A stretch of 62,959 nt of DNA, filler included, from Guillardia theta CCMP2712 (taxonomy: Eukaryota; Protista; Cryptophyta): assembly GCF_000315625.1 (NCBI RefSeq). It is 7 parts of 7 records of this genome, joined end to end, with 100 filler letters (N's around TTAATTAATTAA, not from the genome) between each part and the next. Parts side by side here need not be neighbours in the genome. Positions count along the whole stretch, not along the records: positions 13,027 to 28,633 come from NW_005434364.1; 6 more parts are not named here. The stretch is one strand, 5' to 3'. Positions 13,180 to 25,393 of the stretch are shown piece by piece; the stretch's first letter is position 1, and each line of letters starts with the position of its first letter. The notes under the pieces were generated by a model. The model worked only from the letters and a program-made list of their open reading frames with translations. It made no database searches and was not told the origin of the DNA. The position numbers and the translations under genes are program-made.

Positions 13180-15943
13180 CTTCCGCTCCTCCTTCGCTTC
13201 GCCTCTTTCAACCTTCAATGCAGAGATCAAGTTGCTTTCCCATACAAGAGACTCCTGCATCAAAGTTACCCTCCCATCCCTCCTCTCGCACGTCCCTCCC
13301 TCCTCTCCCCTACTCTTCGTCCTCCTCTCCTCTCCTCCCTCCTCTCCCCTACTCCTCGTCCTCCTCTCCTCTCTTCCCCTCGCACCAAGAGCTTGACTCG
13401 TTCGTATCTCCTTCGCCCTGCCCCTCCCGTCACTGGCGGTGCGTCCTGCTTGACTTCCGTCTCCGAGATCTGCTCTGACAGTGAGCAGAGCCAGAAGAGA
13501 GCAGCGGAAGAGGAGGGAGAAGGCAACGACGAAAGGAGAAGGAGAGGAGAGGAGAGGAGCGGAGCGGAGAGGAGAGGAGGGCGAGTAGGAGTTTGAGACC
13601 TCTTTGATGACTGCTTCACCCAACTTGACCTTGTTACAGTTGTGAAGCAAAGGCTCAAAGCTCTCATAGTTGAAAGTCTCTTCCTCCTCCTCCCCCATCC
13701 TCATCTCCTCCGCACGCCTCTTCTCCTCCTGCATGCTCTCTGCCACTCGACGAAGAGCCTCTGCTCCTGCGCTGATCTGCATCAGGGTAAGGATGTCAAA
13801 CGGCTCCTCCTCGTCCTTCTCGTCCTCTGCTGTACCTTGTTGGTAGCTTGATCCATTCTTATGTCGTCCCTCCCCTCCTGCTTCTCCTCTTCTCCCTCCT
13901 GATCCTCCTGCTCCTCGTCCTCGTCCTCCTCCCCTCTCAGCCCCGCGTGCTCCAGCGCCTCCTTGTTCCTCCGTATCCTCTCCATCCGCTCGCGCTCATA
14001 TTCGCTCATGATCGCCACGTCCGCGCTCCTCTTCTCCTCCTTCTCCTCTAGCGCTCTCCGCAGGTTGGTCCTCTCCTTCTCGCTCACTGGGAGCCTTCTC
14101 CTCCTGAACCCTCCCTCTGCCTCCCTCAAGTGGTCTTCAACAGAGTCCATCGCCTCCTCTATGCTCCTCCCCCGCAGCTCCAGCGGCTTCTGCGACAGCT
14201 GCGTCCGCATCTTGGATGCGATCTCATCCTTCAGCTCCCGCAGCAGCTCCCGCCGTCTCCTCCTCTCCTCCTCCTGCTCCTCTCCCGTCACAGCAGGGGG
14301 TATGAACCATCTCCTCCTCGCCAGGAACGGCTCCACCTCCAGCCTCCTCCACCGGTCGCGAGGAAGGAGCCAGAAAGGCTCTGCTTGTCCCCCGCATCCC
14401 TGGATGCCGCAGGAGCAGGTGAGGTTCTGCCTCCTCCTCCTCTCCTCCTCCTCAGGGCTGAAAGCGTTCTGTGCGAGGAGAGCGATGACGCGGGTCTGCA
14501 GCAGCTCCCGTTCCTCCTCGCTCACTTGCTGGGGGTGACCGAGCTCGAGAGCCAGGAGGTACCGGAGCACGTCCTTCGCCTCCAGGTAGGTCTCAGCTGC
14601 GTGACGGCCGGAGCTGTCTGCCAGCAGATTCTCCTGCTCCATCTCGATGATGTCTTGGATATCGAGCTCCTCCTCTCCCTCTCCTCCTCCTTCTGCTGTA
14701 GCCGCTCCTGCTGCTCCTGCTGCTCCTGCTGCTCCTGCTGCTCCTGCTGCTCCTGGTGCTCCTGCTGCTCCTGCTGCTCCTCCTGCTGCTTCTTGTCTCT
14801 CCTCCTCCTCGAGCTTCTGGAGCATCGGGACTAAAAGTCGCACGAGGTCGCTGGAGTTCTCCTTGACTTGTACAGTAATTCGTTCCTCCTCGTCGGACTT
14901 GTGGTCCAGCTCATCCAGCGTCTTCGCGACCAAGGACGAGGAGGAGGAGTCTGTGTCGTTCCTGTCCTGCGGGAAGATCTCCAGCCCTACCTGCAAGCTC
15001 TCGACTAGCGAGGTCCTCGAGTCTCCCTCCTCCTCCTCCTCCCCCTCCCCCACCGCGCGTTTCATATGACGATAGAGCTCTAACTCCCTCTTCCTCTTCT
15101 CCAGCTCCTCCTCAAGCTCCTGCATGACCCGCAGCAGCTTCTCCTCCAGCTCTTCCCAGCTCGTCACGTCCTTCTCCCCGCATGAAATGTGCCGCCAGCC
15201 CCAGTCCCCTCCCAGCATCCACCACCTGCTTTGATCTAGAAAGTCCGATTCGCTCCCACTCCTCCTCCTCCTCCTCCTCCTCCTCCTCTTCTCTTCTCTG
15301 CTCTCCTCCTCCTTCTCCCCGTTCTCCGCTTTCTCCTCCTGCTGCTCCTCCAACTTAGTTCTCCGTGCGCTCTTCAGCATCCGTCTTGCCGCCATGAGCT
15401 TCTTCTGCATGCTCGACATGTTTTTGCTGGACCCGCACAGGACGGCAACAGAGGCCAGCAGCGTCCTCCCGTCAGGCGCCTGAGCCCTCAGCGCAGACCG
15501 CAGCTCCTCCTCCGCGCCCTCCAGGTCGAGCTGGGCGAACTTGAACATGACGCGAGCGAAGAGGAGGTGAGGAGAGGAGGGGAGAAGCTTCTTCGCCTCC
15601 TGCAGGAGGCTGAGACTCTCGTCCACATGCGAGCAGGCAAACAGAGCATGCGAGCGGAGCAGGAGGGCGGAGGCCGCGAAGTCCGACTTGAGGAGGACGA
15701 CGTGGTGGGAGACGAGGAGGTCGGAGGAGGAGCGCAGGAGGAGTTGACGGTCATGAGGGGAGAAGAGGAGGGAGTGGTTGACCAGGTTCACCATGCTCCC
15801 GCTGCAGCAGAGGGCCTTAGAGGAGTAGGACAGAGCTCGTTGGTGCTGCCCCGCCCGGTAGAAAGTCCAGCCGAGGCAGAGCAGGACCTCACCTCTTGCA
15901 AGGAGGAGCAGCGGATGAGGAGAGAAGAGACTCTCCCTCAATG

Positions 15944-16005
<62 letters not shown>

Positions 16006-17469
16006 TCCTCCATGGTTCCCCCTGCTCCAGCCTCTTTTCTTCTCTTGCTCCCTGTAGTCTTCGATCCCTTCCCTCTTCCTTCCAGCTCTTCAAGCGAGAG
16101 CGAGACGTGAGGGGCAGAAAGGATCTTGAGCGCAAGGTTGAGCAAGTCCACAGCATCCCTCCACGTCCTCCTCCTCTCCCTGATCCTGGCGAGACGGCAG
16201 AGCAGCGTCACTCTCAGAGCCACTATCCTCGGGTCCCTGCTCGTCGAGTTCGTCCTCTTGAGGGACGACAGGAGCATCTGCTCAGCCCTCCTCTCGTCCC
16301 ATCTCACCAGCAGCAGCAGGTCTGCATGCAGCACGCAAGCTTGTCCCGCCCAGAGCAGCTCGCGTCCTCCCCTCCCCTCCTCCGAGATCCTCCGCAACAT
16401 CATCTCTGCCCTGCTGTGCTCCTGCAGCTCCTCTGAAAGCATCCTGGCGCGCAGGAGGGCAACAGGAGCAGGTGCTTCCTCCTCCGCGTACTTGGCAGAC
16501 AGCGTCTCCCACGCTCTCCTGCTCTGCCCCCGCCACCGCAGCAACCTGAACATCTCTGCATCGACTTCACCGTCATGCGAGTTGAGCCTCGTGGCCTCCA
16601 GGTACAGCAGCGTCGCGTCCTCCTCCCTCCCCTTCCACCCCGCCAGCAGGTCTGCGTACCTGCACATGCTGCCCATCAACGTCCGAAGCATCCGCGTCTC
16701 CTCGAGGAGACGGAGAGGCAGGAGCCCCTCTCCTCCTCCTCCTCCTCCTCCTCCTCCTCCTCCTCCTCCTCCCCATCGCTTGATCGCACAGAGCATGGAG
16801 GTCAACAGCGCGCTCTCGGCCCCCTCCAGGTCTCCCATCCTCCACCTCACCATTCCAATCTGCGACACGTCAGCGTCAGGCAAACAGTCTTCTCCTCCTC
16901 ACCGTGGACCAAGTCAGCGCGTAGTTACTCGCACGGATGGAGAGAGGAGGAGAGGCTGACGAGTCAGCGAGCAGAAGTCGCAACCATCTCTCATGGTTCG
17001 TGTTGAGGTTGTGCTGCCTGGTGAAATCATCTTCTAAGTTGGCTACGAGCAAGTCGTAGGCCTTCTCGTGACCCTCCCTCGCAAGGACCAGCAGGGCCGT
17101 CAGGTGCTTCAGCTGCATCAGCGTCTCCTCTCGTTCTCGTTCTCTCTTCTCTCTCTCCACAAGGTTCTTCGCGTGGGCCAGCAGCTGCACACAATCACAG
17201 TCAGACTCTCGATCACACAAACCCCAACTACCGTCTCGACGATGCTCATGGATTCCAGGCTCTCTTGCTTGAGAAGGAGAAGCTCACAGTACGACAGGAG
17301 CGAAGGCGCAAAGTTGTGATCTTGATCTATCGACATCTGCAACAAGTTCAAGTGTGGCCCCTACCTTGAAGGCGAACATACTTGAAGCGCAAGCTCGGCT
17401 TTCTCAATGTCTTGTCTGCAGAAGACCTGGAAGTCTGAGTAGGACCTGCAGTCACAGTTGTCTCAGTGA

Positions 17470-17522
<53 letters not shown>

Positions 17523-17657
17523 CAGCACCAGAAGGCGCAGGAGCAGGGACAGGCACAGGAGGAGCAGGACGGAGGAGGAGACGTGGAGGGGAATGGCAGG
17601 GACTTACCTGAGGAGGGCTTTGTCTTGCTTGCTTGCTTCAAGAGCGTCATGATACAT
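13180..17657 (-). CDS. Large TPR/helical-repeat protein (>1100 aa), multi-exon, 3' partial
   Basis: 1033-aa ORF 13782-16883 with TPR-like helices (LGWTFYRAGQHQRALSYSSKAL; VDESLSLLQEAKKLLPSSP), upstream exons to ~17657 and downstream exons to ~13180. Confidence 0.6.
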
Positions 17658-17898
17658 CCTTTCCGCCTTTGACACTGAGACATTCAAGAGAGAGCGTCAG
17701 ATGGCATACAGACATGTCAGGGGAGACATGACGAAAGAAAGGAGGTGGAGGTAGGAAGATACATATGAGGGAGGGAGGGAGAGGGAAGGAGGAAGGGAGG
17801 GAGATGAAGGAAGGGGGAGTGAAGGAGGGAGCAAGGGAGTGAAGGAGGGAGCAAGGGAGGGAGAGAGAGAGGGAGCGAGCGAGGGAGCGAGGACTACA

Positions 17899-18720
17899 TC
17901 ACTGCCTCAGGCTTCTTTTCTTACCGTTTCCTCGCACACACCATTCGATCTCAATCTGCTGTAGAGAACTCTCCTCATCCTCCAGCCCTGAAGGTCTCGC
18001 CAGCAACTCCCTCATCCTCCCCTTGAACTTGAGCGACTTGAGCGCACGAAAGAGCAGAAGGCGGCATGCGCGGAGTTTCTTCTCCTCCTCTTTCCCCTCC
18101 TCCTCTGCCTCCCCCCCGTCGTTTTCTTCCTCCCTCTCCCTCCTAGACATGTCCCCATCCTCGTCCTCGTCCAGCACGACCTGCAACTCGTCGTCGTCCA
18201 AGTCCACGACATCCTCCTCCTCCCCTTCCTCCTCTCCAGCCTCTCCCTGCTGCTCGTCTCGGAGCCTCCAGTTCCACCAGCCACCCCACCCCAACCTTCC
18301 GCTGAGAGGAGAGCAGAACTTCAAGATTCTCCTCCTCCTCTTCACTTCCGACCCGCTGCTGCTGCTTTCCTCCTTCTCCTTCAGGTCGTTCATACCAAAC
18401 ACACCGATCCGCACAGAGGACGGAGGGAGCGGCTGGAAGTTGGGCGAGTGCTCATTCCAGCTTCGATTGCCAGCCGCCAAGTCAAAGTCATGCAGTAGCA
18501 TGGGTTCCTGCGAGGCAACGAGATGAGCTGCGAGGGGAGAGAAGAGACGCATGCTCGCCTTCAGACCCTCCAGGTCGTAGCCATGCCGCAGAAGAGCGTC
18601 GCTGTCCAGCACGATCTGCTGGGCGTTGGCGAGATGTTGGGAAGATCCTCCTCGAAGCCGCGAGAGCGAGCATGTAGGGAGAGCTGCAAGGAACAGAAGC
18701 AAGGGAAGGTGATGGCTCAT
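17899..18720 (-). CDS. Hypothetical protein with N-terminal hydrophobic signal-like segment and acidic region
   Basis: 273-aa ORF starting MSHHLPLLLFLAALPTCSLSRLRGG. Confidence 0.5.
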   Translation of the reverse strand: MSHHLPLLLFLAALPTCSLSRLRGGSSQHLANAQQIVLDSDALLRHGYDLEGLKASMRLFSPLAAHLVASQEPMLLHDFDLAAGNRSWNEHSPNFQPLPPSSVRIGVFGMNDLKEKEESSSSGSEVKRRRRILKFCSPLSGRLGWGGWWNWRLRDEQQGEAGEEEGEEEDVVDLDDDELQVVLDEDEDGDMSRREREEENDGGEAEEEGKEEEKKLRACRLLLFRALKSLKFKGRMRELLARPSGLEDEESSLQQIEIEWCVRGNGKKRSLRQ

Positions 18721-18880
18721 TGTCGGAAGACTGAAGAAACTGTCCTCTTCATCTTCATCTTCATCTTCTTCATCTCACCTCAGGCATATAGCAACAAGAA
18801 CATGCTACCTCTCGTCATCGAATTCTGGCTTCTTGACCATTACAAATGGATCTGATCATGGTGTCAGTGCGAATACAAGC

Positions 18881-19440
18881 CACCTCTTATCGTACTAGCA
18901 TGCTAGCTCATCCTCTCATCGTACTAGCATGCTAACACATCCTCTCATCGTACTAGCATGCTAGCTCATCCTCTCATCGTACTAGCATGCTAGCTCATCC
19001 TCTCATCGTACTAGCATGCTAGCTCATCCTCTCATCGTACTAGCATGCTAGCTCATCCTCTCATCGTACTAGCATGCTAGCTCATCCTCTCATCGTACTA
19101 GCATGCTAACACATCCTCTCATCGTACTAGCATGCTAGCTCATCCTCTCATCGTACTAGCATGCTAGCTCATCCTCTCATCGTACTAGCATGCTAGCTCA
19201 TCCTCTCATCGTACTAGCATGCTAGCTCATCCTCTCATCGTACTAGCATGCTAGCTCATCCTCTCATCGTACTAGCATGCTAGCTCATCCTCTCATCGTA
19301 CTAGCATGCTAACACATCCTCTCATCGTACTAGCATGCTAGCTCATCCTCTCATCGTACTAGCATGCTAACACATCCTCTCATCGTAGGAGCATGCTAGC
19401 TCATCCTCTCATCGTACTAGCATGCTAGCTCATCCTCTCA
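18881..19440. repeat. 29-bp minisatellite (CATCCTCTCATCGTACTAGCATGCTAGCT) x ~19
   Basis: Head-to-tail copies, no spacers; a few ...GCTAACA variants; contains 12-bp palindrome CTAGCATGCTAG. Confidence 0.95.
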
Positions 19441-19722
19441 TCCTCTCATCTTTCTCCCTCCCCTTCCACCATTCTCTTCCACCTCATCCCAAAGAATTTT
19501 TGGCCCTCATCTCCACTCATTCTCTTGGCCCTCATACATCCCGGCCAGCATCCCGGCCCGGGCTGTACACAGACTCTCAGTGACTAGCCGCCGCCAGCTC
19601 CCGGGCCCGCCAGGGCCGGCAGATCCGAGGCCCTACTGCCGCCAGGCTTCAAGTTCCATCGGCCTCTGCGTTGTTGCTGGGATAGAGCTGGACTTGGAGG
19701 CAAGAACCAACTAAGAGCCGCA

Positions 19723-21147
19723 TGCCCAGTGCCACGTGGAACAGGTTCCGCTGAGACACCAGGAGGACTTGAAGTGAGGGTAAGCTTCGTCGGTTCTGAT
19801 TCAGAGGAGAAGATCGTCAGCCCAGCTGAGCTCGGACAGGAAGATCTCTCAGCTCGCGTCTACAGGGTGAGAGACAAGAACGAGTTCACCTTCAAACTGA
19901 ACGAGCCGCTGAGCCCACCATCGTCTCTGTCAAGCACGTCGTTGTGTTGTGGACTGACTGCATCGTCCACTGCTGCAGCTCCAACAGGCTGTGCGACTCC
20001 GTAGCTCAGGAGAAGGTGGATGGGAGGCATCAGCTCGTGATTCATCGCAGGTCGGAGGAAGGGCTAGACACCATCGACGACGCTCAGATCCTCTTCCACA
20101 AGGACAGCAACTCCGTCCTCCTCCTCTTCCAAGGAGGTTTTCCCCGGGGCTTCGGCGGATGGGCGAGTGTACATGCCCCCTGGCCCTCCGTTCTGCTTTC
20201 CCTGCCGATGCCTCCTGGAGGTTCCTTGATCGTGCAGATTCCTCGGAGGGAGCGTCGGGCGGCCGCTGCCGTTGCGGAGGCAGCAGAGGCAGGAGGAGGA
20301 GGCGACAAGTATATGGCGACTGAGCTGAGGCTGGGAGCGGTGCAGGAGTCGATGTTGGGGGTGAGAGAGTACCTGGGCCTTAGCCAGTCGCAGTACGGCG
20401 GCAACTTTGTTGAGGGAGTTCAAGCAATCGTGAGGGAGCTGGAGACGTACGGGGAGAGGAGCGACGTGGTCAATCTGCGGTACATCCTCTCGGGGATAGC
20501 TCGAGATCCTCAGTGGATCCCCCAGCACGTCAAGGAGCAGCTGGCGGCAAGGCAGTACCATGGCGGGCACATCGACCCCGAGGACTTCGACTACGAGCGC
20601 TCGTCGACTTCGTTAACCATCCTCACAGCGTCCGAGCGAAGCTGACAGCTGAGAACGTGCTGGCCCTTCGGCTCTACACCTCCGACACCTTCCGGCTCAT
20701 CAACCGCTTCCTCCGATCCCCCGCCCGTCGCCACCCGCTCGCCATGACCGTCATGCACCTCACGGAAGGAATCTGCAAACTGCGCATAGTCAACTTGGAC
20801 AGCCTGGAACCTGGCAAGCTCCACACGCTATGGCGCGGCGTGAAGGACAAAGTCGTTCCGAAGGGGTTCGGCAGGCGAGGGGGAACGGAGTTGGCGTGCA
20901 TGTCGACGACAGCGTCGAAGGCGGTGGCGGTCAAGTACGCGGCAAGTGAGACTCCGCTGCTGTTCGAGATGCACGTGAAGCCGATACAGATGGGAAGCTC
21001 GTTGCAGTATCTGTCCGTATTCCCCAAGGAGGAGGAGTACCTCTACCCAGCCCTCACCTACCTCGACCCTGGTCAAGGACGAGCCCTCTAGAGAAGAAGA
21101 AAACCTGACGGTCTGGCTGGTCAGCCCCTTCGTCCCTACCTCATGAC
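19723..21147 (+). pseudogene. NAD:arginine ADP-ribosyltransferase (R-S-E/ARTC clan) domain gene with apparent frameshifts
   Basis: ALRLYTS..FRLINRFLR, LWRG (R), MSTT (S), FPKEEEYLYPALTYL (E-x-E). Frame changes near 20595 and ~21068 without obvious introns. Confidence 0.7.
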
Positions 21148-21595
21148 CCCACGTCCCTGCGCACCGTGGAAGCGGCGCGGCGGAGGCAGGAGGAGGAGGA
21201 GGAGGAGGAGGAGTAAGATCTCCATCATCAGGTGGAGGAGGAGGAGGAGGAGGAGGAGGAGGAGGAGGAGGGACTCCGACATCCGTCACTTGATAGCAGT
21301 TGACCCTGTCCAGGGTTGGAATGTCACTGTCGGCGGGGCTGAGATGTCAGTGGACCCTTCATGACAGGCAGGATGGTGAGAGTTCTCGACATCATGGTGT
21401 TCTCGAGCCAAACGACAGCAAACATCAGCACAAAGTCACAAGTGAAGACTATCTCTGCGGCGAGCTCATGTAGACTTGAGTTGCTGTTGGGGGGCATGTG
21501 ATCGGAATGAGTGGGGGGGTTTGCAAGAGTGAATTTAATGCTGAACACTAGAAGTGAATAGAAGAAGCGTTCTGAGACTCCTGAGAGTTTTGATC

Positions 21596-21678
<83 letters not shown>

Positions 21679-21683
21679 CGTCC

Positions 21684-24600
21684 TCACACATGCTGCTCCT
21701 CTAAGATCCTCTTCGCCAGCACCTGCGGCACGTCATGGACTGTCGCAGAGGAGGAAGGGAAGTCGATACCCTCCTCATCTCCAACTTCTTTGATTCCTGC
21801 AGCTCGTCAGCCCATGGGCAGGAAGGAGGAGGAGGAGGAGGAGGAGGAGGAGGAGGAGGAGGAGGAGGAGGAGGAGGAGGAGGAAGAGGAGGAGGTGGAG
21901 GTGGAGGAGGAGGAGGAGGTGGAGGAGGATGAGGAGGTGGTGGTGGCTCTGGTGGTGCTTAGTCATCCTCATGATAATTGTCAACGTACGACTGGGATGA
22001 GTAGGATATCTAATAAGCCTGGTCAAATGATACCGATCTTCATGNNNNNNNNNNNNNNNNNNNNNNNNNNNNNNNNNNNNNNNNNNNNNNNNNNNNNNNN
22101 NNNNNNNNNNNNNNNNNNNNNNNNNNNNNNNNNNNNNNNNNNNNAATTAACCAATTGCAAAAGGTTCCAAACCAAGGGATTACCCTTTTCTAATTTGAAA
22201 CTTGTTCGCTTTCCATGATTCCGGCTGTTCCCCCGGCCTTTTACTCTTTGTAACTTCGAGCTGCACCCCCACCGGCCGACCCACCTCAGAACCGAGGAGG
22301 GAGGAGGAGCTAGGGGGATGCGGGAGGAGGTGGTGGAGGAGGAGGAGGAGGACGTGGGGGGGGGGGGGGATGCGGATGAAGAGGAGCGACAGGAAGAGGG
22401 GGAGGGGAGAGTCGTACCTCCCTCTCCTTCTTCTTCCTGTCAAGGATCAAGGACCGCTGCTTCTCCAGGTACCTCTTCCTTGCCTCCATCTCCTCTGGTG
22501 TCAGCTGGGGTTCTGGTGGGAGTAGCGTCAGGAGCGACGAGGGAGGAGCGAGTCCGTCACACCTTTGTACAAGGTCTCCAGCTCAGAAGCCTTCCTCTCC
22601 AGAGCCGCCTGCCGTCATCCTGTGAGCCACGAGAGGAGAGCGAGTAGAGAAGGAGGAGGAAGAGGAGGTGAAGAGGAAGAGGACTCAAGGAAGAGGAGCA
22701 GACGAGAACGAAGAGGAGACGACAACGAGGAGGAGGAGGAGGTGGAGGAAGTGTTGAATGTGTGGGCAAGGAGATGGATGGGCAGGGGAGGCAGATCACT
22801 CATACCTTCTCTAAGGCTTTCCTCTCCTTCTTCTTCTCGTTGGACTCCCTCTGCTGACTCGTCAAGACGCTCGACGGCAGGCGAGGAGGAGGAGCGACCT
22901 GGATCAAGTCGTCGACCTGCATGCCCGGCATGTCCATGGCTGGTCGGGCGCGGGGAACGATGGCGGGCAGAGAGCTTCCTCCTTCCCAACATTGAGGGTC
23001 AGCAGGAGGAAGGAGACAAGAGCTGGGTCTCACCTGCTCTCTGCGTGGTCTGCGCAGGCTCGGAGGGAGGCTCCTTGCTGTCGGTGACTGCCGAGCAATC
23101 GACGAGGAGGACAGGGCAGGGACGAGTCAGCGACGGTCGGTCAGGAGAACGAGAAGCAGGATGAAGAGGAGGATGAAGAGGTGCAGGAGGACAGGAAGGA
23201 GGAGGGGGAGGAGAAGGAGGAGGAGGAGGAGAGGGAGAGGAGGAGGAGGAGGATGATGATGAGAGGAAAGCTCCTACCTTCATTTCACTCTCTGTCATCG
23301 GATTCTCTCAGTCGTCCATCATCCCCACCGCCCCCGGGTTGAGCTCTTGCCTGACAGATGATCCACGACTCCGCTGGTCCCTCGACCAGCTCCCCTGCCC
23401 GTATGTTTCTCTTGNNNNNNNNNNNNNNNNNNNNNNNNNNNNNNNNNNNNNNNNNNNNNNNNNNNNNNNNNNNNNNNNNNNNNNNNNNNNNNNNNNNNNN
23501 NNNNNNNNNNNNNNNAAGGGTTCACCCCCCCCCTGAGGAGGTTCAGGCTCCGACTGTTCCTTGGGGCTGGCGTCGACAGCAGCTGGACTCTCTTCTGCTG
23601 GCTCGTTGAGCTGCTGCTGGGCGGAAGAAGCCTGCTCCTCCTCCTCTTCCTCCTCCTCCTCCTCCTGCGCCACAAGATGAGCAAGACGGGAAGCGAAGGG
23701 TACATCAGATCCTACCTTGCTCGAGACCTCGTTCATGGCGATGGCGTGATGGATGACTGCAAGTTCATGCTGGAGAGAAAGTCAGCAGTGATGATGACGA
23801 TGATGATGATGATCATGATGATGGGGAGGAGGAGGAATATGGAAACGATGACGATGATGATGATGATGATGATGATGATGAGCAGGAGGAAGCACTCTAG
23901 ACCTTAGTACGTACAGCCTTGAGCTCTTCGTCAGTGACGACAGGAAGATCTTTGATGGACTGCAGCTGCACATGCAGAGATCAGAAGCAGTTCGCGACCA
24001 TTGTCGTCCAATTTCCGGCCTCCCCCGCCCGCCCCCCCGGCCCCCCTCTGCTCCTTCTCCTTCCTGTTCCTCCTCCTGTTCCTCCTCCTCTCTTCGTCGT
24101 CCTCTTGCCTCTCCCGCTGCTCGAACCGACCTCTTCCGGCGTGATGATATCTTCCTCCGATGGCTGGATGGAGGGCTTAGCTTCGCTCTGGGAGAGCAGG
24201 CTTCACATGTCCCGTCCTATCTCCTCCCCCTGACTTACCTCCTTCGCAGTATCCGCCTGCTGCTCCGAAATCATCTCGGACAGGCGGAGGGCTTCAGAGA
24301 GCTCGGGATCTTCCTCCTGGAGTGAGAGTATGAGAGGGGAGGACGAGTAGGAGCATGAGGGGGGAGGACGAGTAGGAGCAAGAGGGGGGAAGGACGAGTA
24401 GGAGTATGAGAGGGGAGGACGAGTAGGAGCAAGAGGGGGGAAGGACGAGTAGGAGTATGAGAGGGTAGGACAAGCTGCATGCTGCTGCTGTTGGTACCTT
24501 GAACGTCATCTTGGACAGCCGGATCGCTTCTCTCAACTGCATCTCCTCATCGAAGTCCTCGTCCTCCTCGTCTTCTCCCTCACCCGGAGGGAGCGGGAGA

Positions 24601-25393
24601 TCCGCTAAGTCTCCCTCAGGCAGAGCTTCGCACATGCCGGCGGTGAACTGCATGTTCCTGAGCTGCTCGATCGCCTGCAGTTGGAACTCATAGTTCCTCT
24701 TCGCCATCATCTTCTTGAAACTCTGAGGTTCACAACCGTTATTCCCCACCTCCCTTTCCCCTCTCCCTCCCTCATCTCCCTTCCTCCCTCATCTCTCCCT
24801 TCCTCTCGTCCCTCCGCTTCCTCCTTCCTCTTTCCCTACCTCTCGTCCCTTCGCTTCCTCCTTCCTCTCTCCTTCCGTGTTCTCCCCCTCCTCCCTCCCT
24901 CCCATTCTTCCCCTCCACTCCCACCTGAAAGTCGTCCGCTGCCATGATACTGTGGTAGACGAACGCGTTTTCCCCCCTTTGAAGCTCCTTGCTACAAGTC
25001 TTTGCGAACTCCTCCGTTGACAGCCCGATCTCTACAAGGAATTTCTCCAGCAAACTGCACAAACTCAACATCAACAAGGGCAAGACGTAAATGATTGTGG
25101 GTTGAAATATCTCACCCAAACACAAGCTCAACAAACTCCTCATGGATCTTCGTGAATTCCAGCTTGTTCTCTTCGTCATCATCAAACACAACTAGACAAG
25201 ACAAGTAGAGATCAGCGAGGTCACAGGACAACCAAGAGGATCGCTCACTGCACTTCTCATCAATGTAGTTCATGATTGGCGTTTTGTATTCGGGGCTCCG
25301 CATGAACTAGTTCTCATCAGCAAACAACATGTACAACAAGACAACCACAACCTGATCCACAGCCTCCAGCTGCCAGTTGTTCGATTCGCTCAT
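21684..25393 (-). CDS. CFAP36: Cilia- and flagella-associated protein 36 (ARL2-binding BART domain), multi-exon
   Basis: Exons FMRSPEYKTPIMNYIDEKC / VFDDDEENKLEFTKIHEEF / LLEKFLVEIGLSTEEF..IMAADDFQ / SFKKMMAKRNYEFQ (BART), LREAIRLS motifs, C-terminal EEMEARKRYLEKQRSLILDRKKKER and LEMRR|VLAKRILEEQHV*. Confidence 0.8.

Noticed and set aside
18881-19440. 29-bp palindromic repeat as a CRISPR array
   Set aside because: Units are contiguous with no unique spacers, and there are no cas genes.
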